From: an uncultured Desulfatitalea sp.
GTDB lineage: Bacteria; Desulfobacterota; Desulfobacteria; Desulfobacterales; Desulfosarcinaceae
Assembly: GCA_963668675.2 (NCBI GenBank)
Contig: CAXXMB010000002.1
Span: 2,726,154-2,790,153, forward strand
Reading direction: 5' to 3'
Length of the DNA: 64,000 nucleotides
Under the pieces are notes generated by a model. The model was not told the DNA's origin. It did not search any database and saw only the letters and a program-made list of their open reading frames with translations. Made by a program: the position numbers and the translations under genes. This document shows positions 40,269 through 49,460 of this stretch, one piece after another; within the stretch, counting starts at the first letter, position 1, and the number at the start of each line of letters is the position of its first letter.

Positions 40269-41111
40269 TCAGACAAGATAGAAATGCGATCTCTCCCGAT
40301 CGCTCTCTCTTAACACCACCCCATCCTTCTCCAGTTTCTCCAGGTGTGCCAGAACGGTCCTTTCAGCCCTTGGCTGCAGATCATGGCCATGCATCTGGAA
40401 ATCCTCTTCGTTGTAGATCGCCTTTGTGATTTTTGGAATCGTTGATAGACCGCTATGCAGCGCTTCGAGCACGCGCGTCTCCCGCATCAGGCGATGGTCG
40501 ATGTACCAACGGATGCGATCGGGTGCGCGCTTGTCGATCACCGGGCCGTGGGAAGGACAGATGATTCTGACATCCATTTCGGCCAGTCGATTCAGTGTGT
40601 TCAGGTAGTCTGCCATATCTCCCTCCGGCGGCGATATGATCGAGGTGCCATATCCCAGAATCGTATCGCCTGAGAAGAGCATCCCTTTCTCCTGGATATA
40701 GAAGCAGAGGTGCGCTGGGGAGTGGCCCGGTGTGTCCAACACCTGGATGATGTGCTCGGATGTTTCGATCACCTCTCCACCTGAAAAGCGGTCGATGAGA
40801 TGGCCCTTGGACGTGCCGAAGGTCATTCGATTCCCATTGTTGCGATGGCACAAGATCCGGCCGTTGTATGTTTCCACAAGGGCTTCGATGCCGCCGTAGT
40901 GGTCCGGATGAGGGTGGGTAATGGCAGCGTAACGAATCAATCCGATACCGCTCTCCTTTAAACAGATCTCAAGGCTGCCGCCGCTTTCAAAGATCGGGTC
41001 GATCAGGAGCGCTTCTTTGTCTCGGCCAATAACATAGCAATTCGTCGTATGGTGCGGAGGAAGGGTAAAGGTATGGACGGTCGCTTTATGGATGTGGCGA
41101 CTCAATCTCAT
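40269..41111 (-). CDS. MBL-fold metallo-hydrolase with C-terminal winged-helix-like segment
   Basis: ITHPHPDHYGG motif. Later HSPAH and PSHGP. Confidence 0.85.
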   Translation of the reverse strand: MRLSRHIHKATVHTFTLPPHHTTNCYVIGRDKEALLIDPIFESGGSLEICLKESGIGLIRYAAITHPHPDHYGGIEALVETYNGRILCHRNNGNRMTFGTSKGHLIDRFSGGEVIETSEHIIQVLDTPGHSPAHLCFYIQEKGMLFSGDTILGYGTSIISPPEGDMADYLNTLNRLAEMDVRIICPSHGPVIDKRAPDRIRWYIDHRLMRETRVLEALHSGLSTIPKITKAIYNEEDFQMHGHDLQPRAERTVLAHLEKLEKDGVVLRESDRERSHFYLV

Positions 41112-41114
41112 CTT

Positions 41115-41864
41115 CTACCGCCATGCAAACATCGGTTGTTCGAAGTGGGCCACCCTCGTCTCGTTTCCCAAAATGGCCACCTCTCTGAACTGGTACAGCA
41201 GAGCGGCTGTGGGGGAGGCGATCCAGCTGTTCCCGACGGGCATGTAGAGGATCGGGTGCGGACTGTGGGAAACCTCCTCCAGTATTGGAGCGTCCGGCCG
41301 CAGAAATTCCCGGATGGGAATCCGGTGAACGGATCGAACCTCCTCGGGATTGGGCATCAGTTGCGCTTCCAGCCCCCCCCATATCACGATGGGTGTCATA
41401 ATGAACCCTGAACGGGTGGCAAAATCATCCAGGCGGCCCATAATTCGCTCTTGGGGCAACCTTAGCGCCACCTCCTCTTCTAGCTCTCTCAATGCGGTCT
41501 CCTCCGGCGTCTCCCCCTCTTCCAGCCGTCCACCGGGGATCGCCCACTGGCCGGCATGGTGCTTCAGTCTGGAAGATCGTCGGGTCAAAATGAGCGCGGC
41601 GTCCATCTCCTGCACCGGATATGAGGAGATACCTCCCCCATGCGAACTGCAATCGACATCCACCACTGTGAGCGCTACCGCCGCCCGCCTCATCTCGTCG
41701 CCGCGGTGCTCCTTGTGAACAAATGCTTGGAGATTGCTTTCGATATGGTCGCGCAGCTGCTCACCGCACAAAAATTGGGCGTTCCGATCCATGGATTCAA
41801 TATGCCTGCTGTTTTGCTTCAACCTGCCGATGTCCGTTCTGTTGTGCCAAATTCGATGCGCCAA
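41115..41864 (-). CDS. NUDIX hydrolase, CoA-pyrophosphatase type
   Basis: LILTRRSSRLKHHAGQWAIPGG followed by Nudix box GRLEEGETPEETALRELEEEVAL. The ORF opens with TTG 41864; ATG 41792 is an alternative start. Confidence 0.75.
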   Translation of the reverse strand: MAHRIWHNRTDIGRLKQNSRHIESMDRNAQFLCGEQLRDHIESNLQAFVHKEHRGDEMRRAAVALTVVDVDCSSHGGGISSYPVQEMDAALILTRRSSRLKHHAGQWAIPGGRLEEGETPEETALRELEEEVALRLPQERIMGRLDDFATRSGFIMTPIVIWGGLEAQLMPNPEEVRSVHRIPIREFLRPDAPILEEVSHSPHPILYMPVGNSWIASPTAALLYQFREVAILGNETRVAHFEQPMFAWR

Positions 41865-42280
41865 CTCCCATGATCCTCATTTGCTTCCCTGATGATGCCA
41901 AACCCTTAAAACATAACCATCCTGGATCCTATAGTCGAGGATATTCTTTTGGTCGGCCATCCCGAACCGGACGCCAGAATGGATTTTAAAGAAGCGCCTC
42001 GTACTGAGTCGAAGCTTTTTGCCTGTCGTTTTTCTGTCACCAAATACTCAATTTTGTGAAAAAAAAGCCATAATTCAAGCCATGTTTCCCATTTTCCAGG
42101 GTTGTTTTTTGATTGGTATGCGATTAACCATTTGAAATTATATTCAATGTGCAAATGGATGGATTTTTGGAATACTCTTTGCTTCCCCACTGAACTAATG
42201 GCCGCAGCGCCAGGCCGGTGAGCGAAGACGTTGAGCGGGTTTCGTTGGAGAAAAGATCGAATTGGAAAGGGATAGTAACG

Positions 42281-43615
42281 ATGACAGGGCGGATAGGATT
42301 TGTATCGACGCGATTTGCAGGAACGGACGGCGTCAGCTTGGAAGCGGCCAAATGGTCCCATGTGCTCGAAGAAGATGGATACCGCTGTTACTGGTTTGCA
42401 GGTGAACTGGACCGTGACGAGGCGAGCAGCTTCCTCACTCCCGAAGCGCATTTCAAGCATCCGCTGGTCAACCACATCTCTGAGAACATCTTCGGCCGCA
42501 CCAGCCGTACGCCTGAGACTACGGAGATGATCCATGCCCTGCGCGCTGCTTTGAAAAAAGAGTTGTATCGATTCATCCGGCAATACGAGATCGAACTGCT
42601 CATCGTTCAAAATGCGCTCACCATCCCCATGAATCTGCCCTTGGGGCTGGCCCTGGCCGAGGTGATCTCCGAAACCCAGATGCCGATCATCGCTCATCAC
42701 CACGACTTTTTCTGGGAACGCAAACGATTCAGCGTCAACGCAGTGGGCGAGTATCTGCCTATGGCGTTTCCCGCCGATTTGCCCAACATCCGCCATGTGG
42801 TGATCAATTCGCCGGCCCAGAGGGATCTGGCGCACCGCCGCGGCATAGCTGCGACCCTGATTCCCAACATGCTTGACTTCGAACAGCCACCCCGTATCGA
42901 TCACGAGCAGGTCGCCCGCTTTCGCCATGCCATCGGTTTGGAACCCGGGGATCGGATGGTGTTGCAGCCGACCCGCTTGATCAAACGCAAAGGCATCGAG
43001 CATGTGATTGAACTGGTCAAGGCCATGGACCATCCGCGCTGCAAGTTAGTGATCTCCCATGAAGACGGCGACGAGGGGCAAGGCTACAGCGAATGGCTGC
43101 AGTCGGCAGCCCTTAACCATGGCGTCGATCTGCGGTTGGTGACGCACAATGTGGTCAGCCCATGGAGTGAGGCTGCTGTCGTCAACGGGCAGTTTACATT
43201 GTGGACGGTTTACGCGGCTGCCGATCTGGTGACTTTCTGCAGCCTTTACGAGGGGTTCGGCAATGGCCTGCTCGAAGCCGTTTACTTCAAAAAGCCGGTG
43301 GTGATCAATCGATATGAGATCTTCGTCAAAGATATAGAGCCGCTCGGTTTCGAGTTTATCACCATGGATGGCTACCTCACGCCGGATGTTGTCGGAGCGG
43401 CCCGGGACATCATCTCGGGTAATGGAGAAGTGGATGTGGCTGTAGAGAGAAATTACGAGATCGCAAAAACACACTTCTCCTACCAAGTTTTGCGTCGGCG
43501 CCTGCAATCCGTTCTCAGTGAGATGGGCAATGTCTCACCGTCGCAGATGATCTCCCGTCCTCCCGGACGTCCGCTGCAGATTCTTGAGAAGATGCCCTTG
43601 CAGATGGCCGTCTGA
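42281..43615 (+). CDS. Glycosyltransferase (GT-B, GT4-like)
   Basis: IGFVSTRFAGTDGVSLE N-terminus and C-terminal EGFGNGLLEAV motif (E-x7-E type). ATG 42281. Confidence 0.75.
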   Translation: MTGRIGFVSTRFAGTDGVSLEAAKWSHVLEEDGYRCYWFAGELDRDEASSFLTPEAHFKHPLVNHISENIFGRTSRTPETTEMIHALRAALKKELYRFIRQYEIELLIVQNALTIPMNLPLGLALAEVISETQMPIIAHHHDFFWERKRFSVNAVGEYLPMAFPADLPNIRHVVINSPAQRDLAHRRGIAATLIPNMLDFEQPPRIDHEQVARFRHAIGLEPGDRMVLQPTRLIKRKGIEHVIELVKAMDHPRCKLVISHEDGDEGQGYSEWLQSAALNHGVDLRLVTHNVVSPWSEAAVVNGQFTLWTVYAAADLVTFCSLYEGFGNGLLEAVYFKKPVVINRYEIFVKDIEPLGFEFITMDGYLTPDVVGAARDIISGNGEVDVAVERNYEIAKTHFSYQVLRRRLQSVLSEMGNVSPSQMISRPPGRPLQILEKMPLQMAV

Positions 43616-43650
43616 AGTGCGCCGCAGATGACGTCTATTCGAAACGAACG

Positions 43651-45282
43651 CTACGGCGGGTCGAAGCCTGGTGCCTCGCCCTGATGTGCATCGGGGAGCG
43701 CCTCCGATGGCGTCGCGCTCCGACCCTTGGGTTTTAACTGAAGCCGTAAGCCTTTCCGCTTAGCCTCCTCTTCATAGCGTCCCTTTTCAATGCGCAGGGC
43801 ATCCATGGGGGTCACCACAATGGCTGCCTGATGTTGCACCGGGCAGTAGTGTTCACAGTAACCGCACCCCGCACATTTATCCTCCAGGACATGGGGAACC
43901 GGCACCTGGTTGCCCTCCTCCTTCAAAAACGCTATGGCATCGTACGGGCACACCTCGTCACACACCATGCAGCTCTTTTGAAACTCCCAAGCCAGGCATT
44001 TGCGGCGATAGATGCGGGCCGTACCTGTTTTTGCCCAGATACGATCAGACGGGCTCGTCTGCCGTATGGCATCGGTGGGGCAGACGTTTGCGCATTCATG
44101 GCATGACGGGTCGCAAAATCCCCTGCGCGGTGTGAGGGCAGGGGAGAAGATGGCCAGGAATCCGGCCTTCAACCAGATGGGTTGAAGGGTGTTGGTCGGA
44201 CAGGCCACCATGCACTCACCGCAGCGAACGCAACTGGAAAGAAACGCCATCTCCGGCAGCGCGCCGGGCGGTCGCAGGAGACCGGGCGTCCTCACCTGCC
44301 CCTCTCCCTGTTTTCCATATAAAGAGGTGAGGCCGGTCAGGGAGATTACCGCAGTGCCTGCTCCGATAAGCCCGGCGGAGACCACCTGCCGCCGCTCAAG
44401 AGAGACACCTCCGGCGGGGAGTATGCCGGTGCGTTTTCGTATGTCGAAAGAGATGGCCTTTTCGGGGCACACCTCTTCGCAGGTCCGACAGACGATGCAT
44501 TCGCTATGGTGGGTGGTTTCGGGTGCCGCCGGATCGATGGCCGACATGGGGCATCTCCGTGCGCACTTGCCGCACTGGGTGCATTGATTGGATACCCTCC
44601 GGCGCACCAACGGGGCTCTGGAGACAAGTGCAAGCAGCGCGCCGGACGGACAGAGATATCGGCACCAGAAGCGGGGAGAGAAGATCACCATAGCGATGAT
44701 CGCAGCGAAAAAGAGAAGAATGAAAAACTGCGTGGCAAAGCGGATGGTCCTGATCTGGGCAAAGGTGATGGCGTTCATATTCATCCAGTCGCCCAGGGGC
44801 CTGGCCAGATCGAGCACCTCTCTCGAGACGAACGAAACCACCGGAAAGATGACCAGGCCATAGGCCCTGGTGATCAAGGAGAGCGGGGCGGCGAAGAAGA
44901 CATAGGAGACGCCCACCAGGGCGGAACCTGTCAAAAAGATGAGCATCAGGTATTTGACGCCTGTCATGCGAGTCGAAGAGAAGAGCTTCTTTTTTTTGGG
45001 GCCGAAGAGGGCGTCCGTCCCATCGAGGGTGGTGCCCATGGGACAGATGTAACCGCAGAAGACCCTTCCGATCAGCGGCCCCGATATCAGAACCAGGAGT
45101 GCCGGAACGAAGGCGAGCAGTACAGTTCTGCCGCTGATGGCGCTGAGCAGCACCAGACTCGGATCCATCAGGAGAAAGAGATCCAGGGAGGCCATGGAGA
45201 TTCCGGAGATGGAAGCCGCCGTCAACAGGAGTAGAAAGAGAGCGAGGAAGAGGAGTTGGACGGACAGCCGGAATCGGGTCAT
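43651..45282 (-). CDS. NapH/NosR-like membrane polyferredoxin (multi-TM N-part, about six 4Fe-4S motifs)
   Basis: CGYICPMGT and CRYLCPSGA membrane-proximal motifs. CTQCGKCARRCP, CIVCRTCEEVCP, CVRCGECMVACP, CAGCGYCEHYCP plus two variant motifs. Confidence 0.85.
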   Translation of the reverse strand: MTRFRLSVQLLFLALFLLLLTAASISGISMASLDLFLLMDPSLVLLSAISGRTVLLAFVPALLVLISGPLIGRVFCGYICPMGTTLDGTDALFGPKKKKLFSSTRMTGVKYLMLIFLTGSALVGVSYVFFAAPLSLITRAYGLVIFPVVSFVSREVLDLARPLGDWMNMNAITFAQIRTIRFATQFFILLFFAAIIAMVIFSPRFWCRYLCPSGALLALVSRAPLVRRRVSNQCTQCGKCARRCPMSAIDPAAPETTHHSECIVCRTCEEVCPEKAISFDIRKRTGILPAGGVSLERRQVVSAGLIGAGTAVISLTGLTSLYGKQGEGQVRTPGLLRPPGALPEMAFLSSCVRCGECMVACPTNTLQPIWLKAGFLAIFSPALTPRRGFCDPSCHECANVCPTDAIRQTSPSDRIWAKTGTARIYRRKCLAWEFQKSCMVCDEVCPYDAIAFLKEEGNQVPVPHVLEDKCAGCGYCEHYCPVQHQAAIVVTPMDALRIEKGRYEEEAKRKGLRLQLKPKGRSATPSEALPDAHQGEAPGFDPP

Positions 45283-46208
45283 AGCGCAACCGTTTTTATC
45301 GAAAGGTTGTCAAGGTCTGCGCGACCGAGCCCCCGCTCATGGGCCAGCCGTATATGACGCACACGGTCGGGTTTGAATCGTTTGCCGTACCACTCGAACG
45401 ATGCCACCGCATAGGCATCCGCCGCGACCATATCCCTCGACGCGATGACGGTATCTTGCTTGATCACCTTGCCCGGTCCGCCGGGCCCGCCGGTGCTGAG
45501 CACCCGCGTGGCATCAATCACCGTCAGATCGGCTTTCAGCAGGCCAGCCAGGTCCACGATGGTTTCATGGAGGTCCATGCGGTGCATGATACCACGGTCG
45601 TAGATCAACCCCATCATCCCCTTCATGGAGAGGCTGACACCCGTGGCCGAGTGGGATTTGGCAACCGGCACGGCGATGAGCACATCCGCTTTGAGCGCCT
45701 CCTTTACCACATCGGTTTTGGTGAGGTTTTTCGCTTTGGCGATGCTGACCGGCGTGTAGAGATAGGCGTCGTTGATGGGATGCACCATGTTCTTCTCGAT
45801 GGCCTCGCATGCCGGTCCGATACCGGACGTTTGAACAGCCGCCTTCCCCGAAGAGAGCGTATGGTCCAGAATACTAATTTTGGAGGCGCCGGCCTCCTTG
45901 CACATGGCCGCTATGGTCTTGACCACGTCAGGGTGGGTGTTGGAGGCCTGTCCCGGCGATCTGGCAAAACTCATATTGGGCTTGATCAATACGCGGTGGC
46001 CCGCTTTGACCACGCTCTGAATGCCGCCGATCAGATCGACCGCCGCCCTGGTGGCGGCCTCGGGTTTTCCGATGGCAACACCGATGTCGGGTGCCGCCGA
46101 GGCAATGCCGATCTTCGGCAAATAGAGTCCACTGGTGACGGCGGCCAAAAAGAGGCCGTATCTGCCCTGGAGCTTGATGAAATCCCTTCGGCTGTATTTT
46201 CTCTTCAT
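45279..46208 (-). CDS. Tat-exported DUF362-domain protein
   Basis: Twin-arginine leader SRRDFIKLQGRYGLFLAA. AGGAG RBS. ATGA overlap with the polyferredoxin gene. The DUF362 call is from recollection of family features (VLIKPN..). Confidence 0.7.
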   Translation of the reverse strand: MKRKYSRRDFIKLQGRYGLFLAAVTSGLYLPKIGIASAAPDIGVAIGKPEAATRAAVDLIGGIQSVVKAGHRVLIKPNMSFARSPGQASNTHPDVVKTIAAMCKEAGASKISILDHTLSSGKAAVQTSGIGPACEAIEKNMVHPINDAYLYTPVSIAKAKNLTKTDVVKEALKADVLIAVPVAKSHSATGVSLSMKGMMGLIYDRGIMHRMDLHETIVDLAGLLKADLTVIDATRVLSTGGPGGPGKVIKQDTVIASRDMVAADAYAVASFEWYGKRFKPDRVRHIRLAHERGLGRADLDNLSIKTVAL

Positions 46209-46231
46209 GGGTTTACTCCTATTTCGTCCAC

Positions 46232-46756
46232 CTATCGTTCGCCGATGGTGGCAATTTGGTCCGAGATCTCTTTGGCGCAGGCGAGGAGCTCTCTTTTGGC
46301 CTCTTCGGTCTCTCGGGAGATGCTGGCCCGTACAAAGAACCTCCCCTGGGTGAATTCGAGCATATAGCTCCCGCCCATCTCCGCAGTCGATCTCGCCCTG
46401 GCGCCCAACTCCCGGACAGGAGCGGACGTATCGGATGCAAATTCATTAAAAATCTTTTCCGAATCGCCCCTGGAAACAGTTTCATAGATTTCAAGCATCA
46501 TGTAAACCCGTTTTTTTTCATAATTGACGAAAGCGGCTCTCTGCGTCCCGAGGGCGACGTAACGCCCGGCAGCCCCGTTGATCACCATGGAGAGGGTATC
46601 CTCGTCAAATGCGATGAGCGGGGCCTCCTCAACCTGCCATCCCATTTTTACCGGTGATTTTGGGATCACCCGCTCCAGGGCGGATTGGTCGCAGGGCAGC
46701 GGTTGGACCGTAACGATGAGCAGAAGGGCCGACAGGATTACATCCAACCATTTCAT
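46232..46756 (-). CDS. Hypothetical secreted protein (174 aa)
   Basis: Signal-like MKWLDVILSALLLIVTV. AAAGGAGA RBS. Ends 23 nt upstream of the DUF362 gene. Confidence 0.55.
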   Translation of the reverse strand: MKWLDVILSALLLIVTVQPLPCDQSALERVIPKSPVKMGWQVEEAPLIAFDEDTLSMVINGAAGRYVALGTQRAAFVNYEKKRVYMMLEIYETVSRGDSEKIFNEFASDTSAPVRELGARARSTAEMGGSYMLEFTQGRFFVRASISRETEEAKRELLACAKEISDQIATIGER

Positions 46757-46871
46757 GGTTTGTCTCCTTTACGCGATAACCGACCTAACCGTATCAATTT
46801 TTTTGGGATTGCATGTACCAAGGCCCAACCCTTGTGCCGTCTTTACATGGATGGCCATGTCGGTGACAGGG

Positions 46872-46942
46872 GCCAGGTTATTGTCTCTTCGCATTCGGAA
46901 CAGCGGTGGGCCAGGTTCGCGCTTGCAATATCAAGCCAGGTT
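46872..46942. repeat. Three direct copies of GCCAGGTT in the divergent intergenic region
   Basis: Exact 8-mers at 46872..46879, 46910..46917 and 46935..46942. A GGAAC (46897..46901) lies upstream of the second copy. Confidence 0.5.
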
Positions 46943-46999
46943 GTTACATTTACTGATCTGATTCATTGTGATCAATAGCTTCGAAGGGTACGCCGCCAA

Positions 47000-47587
47000 A
47001 TGGGAAAGCCACCAAAATTAGACGCCGAAGCCTGGGTGGATCAATACGGTGACGCGCTTTTCCGTTTTGCCGTGGCCAGGATCAAGAACAGGGATATTGC
47101 GGAAGATCTGGTTCAGGAGGCGTTTCTGGCGGCGGTTAAATCCAAGGCGCGGTTTCAGGGGAAATCTTCTGAAAAGACCTGGCTGTTCGGTATCCTGAAG
47201 CATAAAATCATCGATTATTACCGAAAGAGTAAAACGATGATCCATGTCCAGGACTACACCGATGATCCGGACAGCATGGATGCCTTCTTCAACACCAAGA
47301 GGGGATGGGACGCCCCACCGAGCCATTGGAGCAGCAATCCCGGCAAGGCATATGACACCAGAGAGTTCCTGGACCACTTCTACCACTGCCTTTCGGGGTT
47401 GCCCAATCGAACAGCCGAGGCTTTTGCCCACCGTGAGATCGACGGCTTGACCACAGGCGAGATATGCAGACGTCTCGACATCACCGAATCCAACTGCTGG
47501 GTGATCCTTTACAGGGCCAGGATGTTGTTGCGAAAGTGTCTTGAAATGGTAGGATATCAACCGCCATCGAAAGCGGCTGCACGATGA
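47000..47587 (+). CDS. ECF-type RNA polymerase sigma-70 family factor
   Basis: Region 2 (DIAEDLVQEAFLAA..WLFGILKHKIIDYYRK) and region 4 (GLTTGEICRRLDITESNCWVILYRAR). Confidence 0.9.
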   Translation: MGKPPKLDAEAWVDQYGDALFRFAVARIKNRDIAEDLVQEAFLAAVKSKARFQGKSSEKTWLFGILKHKIIDYYRKSKTMIHVQDYTDDPDSMDAFFNTKRGWDAPPSHWSSNPGKAYDTREFLDHFYHCLSGLPNRTAEAFAHREIDGLTTGEICRRLDITESNCWVILYRARMLLRKCLEMVGYQPPSKAAAR

Positions 47588-47847
47588 ACCGCTGGATGTT
47601 TCACTGTAGGGATGTTTCAGAAAGAGTATCCCAGTCGATGGACAGAACCCTTCCGATCCATCATCGCATGGCGATCCGCTTGCATTTGATGATGTGCCGG
47701 CACTGCGCACGTTTCAGGCGGCAACTGCTCATGCTCAGAGAGATGGCCGGACACATGGAGCGCCACCAGCTCTCTGGCGAAGTGGATGAAACGCTATCCG
47801 ATGTCGCAAAGTCGCGAATCAAGGAGGCGTTGCGGTCTGTGTCGTGA
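47584..47847 (+). CDS. Anti-sigma factor, zf-HC2 type
   Basis: ATGA overlap with the sigma gene. H-x3-C-x2-C motif HLMMCRHCARF. Confidence 0.75.
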   Translation: MNRWMFHCRDVSERVSQSMDRTLPIHHRMAIRLHLMMCRHCARFRRQLLMLREMAGHMERHQLSGEVDETLSDVAKSRIKEALRSVS

Positions 47848-47961
47848 TGTTATCTCCCTGATTCATCAACCAGGCCGCTGCCAGTCACTGCAACAACCAT
47901 AAGCTGCATCGAATGTCAGCAGGGATAAACCAAGCGTGCAAAACAATAGGGGGATGGGGAT

Positions 47962-49392
47962 ATGACACAACTGATGACGCGGCGTCTGGGCCGCACCGAG
48001 CGTATGGTGACCACCCTTGGATTGGGCGGGCAGGCATCCTTGCAATGGACTGCCGAAGGCATCGATCCCGTGGCCATTATCGAAAAAGCGATCCATCTTG
48101 GCGTCAACTATCTGGACACTTCAAATATATACGGTCCGAGCCAGCAAAACTACGGCCATGCCTTTCGAAAGACGGGTGTGTCTCCTTCTGCAGGCAACTA
48201 TGATCCCCAGGCACGTGCAAATCTGTTTGTGGCCGGCAAGACCCACATGCGCACCGCCCGCTGCCCGGATGGCGAACGCTTTGCCACCAATTGGAGTGAT
48301 GGCATGTCCGATGGATTTGGCGTGACCACCTCCGTCGATGATGTGCGCCGCGCCTTGAGCCTGATGTTTGGGGACGGCAAGGGGGCCTACCCCGAAGATG
48401 CCTATCTGGACAGTATTCAGTTCCACAACATCAATACGATGGAAGAGATCGAGATGCTCTTTGAAGGTTTTGACGATCCCAGCCCGACACGCCCCTGGAT
48501 GGGATCTCTGGCCGCCATGCTGGACTTGCGGGAGGGCACCAACCGAACCGGCTGCAACCCCACTAGGGAAAAACTGGTGCGGCACATCGGCATCAGCGGC
48601 CATTGGAACTCCGCGGCGCTGATGTACGCCATTCAGCGGGATGCCCACCGCTTGATCGATACCCTGCTTGTTACCGTCAATCCCAGCGACAAAAAGTACA
48701 TGGGCCACCGGCACAACGCCATTGCCGCTGCCGATGCCGCCGACATGGGCATCATAGGGATGAAGGTCTTCGCCGATGCCGCCTATTACCATAAGGCGCC
48801 CGCCTTTTCGAATGCCGTCGAAGATGTCTACCATCAAGTGGGATCGAAGGACTTGCCCAGCCGGGATCTGATCCGCTACGCCTTGTCCGTGCCGGGCGTC
48901 AGCACCCTCATCATCGGCATCGGCCACGTGGACGATGACCCTGACAAATGCCAGCTGACCGACAACCTATCGGCCGCTCAGATCGAGGCCCCATTGAACG
49001 AAGAGGAGATGGCGGCCATAGAGGCGCGCGTCAGCGCCGCTGGCAAGGATGGGGCCAACGCCTATTTTCAGCGTCCGGCCATAGGGCTCACGCCACCGCG
49101 TAATCCGGGAGCCGAGGCAGACTCCTCAATGCCCGCTTTCGGACGCAAGGCGGTGCGGGTGAGCTGGGATAGCGCCTATGCAGGCGCCTCGGCCATCGAT
49201 CACTATGTGGTCCTGCGAGACCGGCAGGAGGTGGCCCGGGTTGCCCACCATCCCCAGATCAGCCCCAAGCGGTTCCGTTTCGACGATGTTTTGGAGGGCG
49301 ACTTGGCAGCCGAAGCCCACAGCTACGTCATCCGGTCTGTCGACAAGGCGGGCAACAGTGCCGATTGTCAGGATTTGACGACCTCCCCGTGA
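47962..49392 (+). CDS. Aldo/keto-reductase-like protein with C-terminal FN3 domain
   Basis: LGLGGQASLQW..GVNYLDTSNIYG. C-terminal AVRVSWDSAY..IDHYVVLRD..YVIRSVDKAGNSAD. GGGGATGGGGA RBS. Confidence 0.8.
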   Translation: MTQLMTRRLGRTERMVTTLGLGGQASLQWTAEGIDPVAIIEKAIHLGVNYLDTSNIYGPSQQNYGHAFRKTGVSPSAGNYDPQARANLFVAGKTHMRTARCPDGERFATNWSDGMSDGFGVTTSVDDVRRALSLMFGDGKGAYPEDAYLDSIQFHNINTMEEIEMLFEGFDDPSPTRPWMGSLAAMLDLREGTNRTGCNPTREKLVRHIGISGHWNSAALMYAIQRDAHRLIDTLLVTVNPSDKKYMGHRHNAIAAADAADMGIIGMKVFADAAYYHKAPAFSNAVEDVYHQVGSKDLPSRDLIRYALSVPGVSTLIIGIGHVDDDPDKCQLTDNLSAAQIEAPLNEEEMAAIEARVSAAGKDGANAYFQRPAIGLTPPRNPGAEADSSMPAFGRKAVRVSWDSAYAGASAIDHYVVLRDRQEVARVAHHPQISPKRFRFDDVLEGDLAAEAHSYVIRSVDKAGNSADCQDLTTSP

Positions 49393-49460
49393 GACGGTTC
49401 AGTCGGTTCTATTCGGGCCATTTTTGCCGGTGCAGCCCCTGAGGTTGGCCTCCGGAGGGA

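Noticed and set aside
41906-43033. 375-aa ORF antisense to the glycosyltransferase gene, extending into the intergenic region
   Set aside because: No recognisable domain and biased composition. The plus-strand GT has clear motifs and an RBS.
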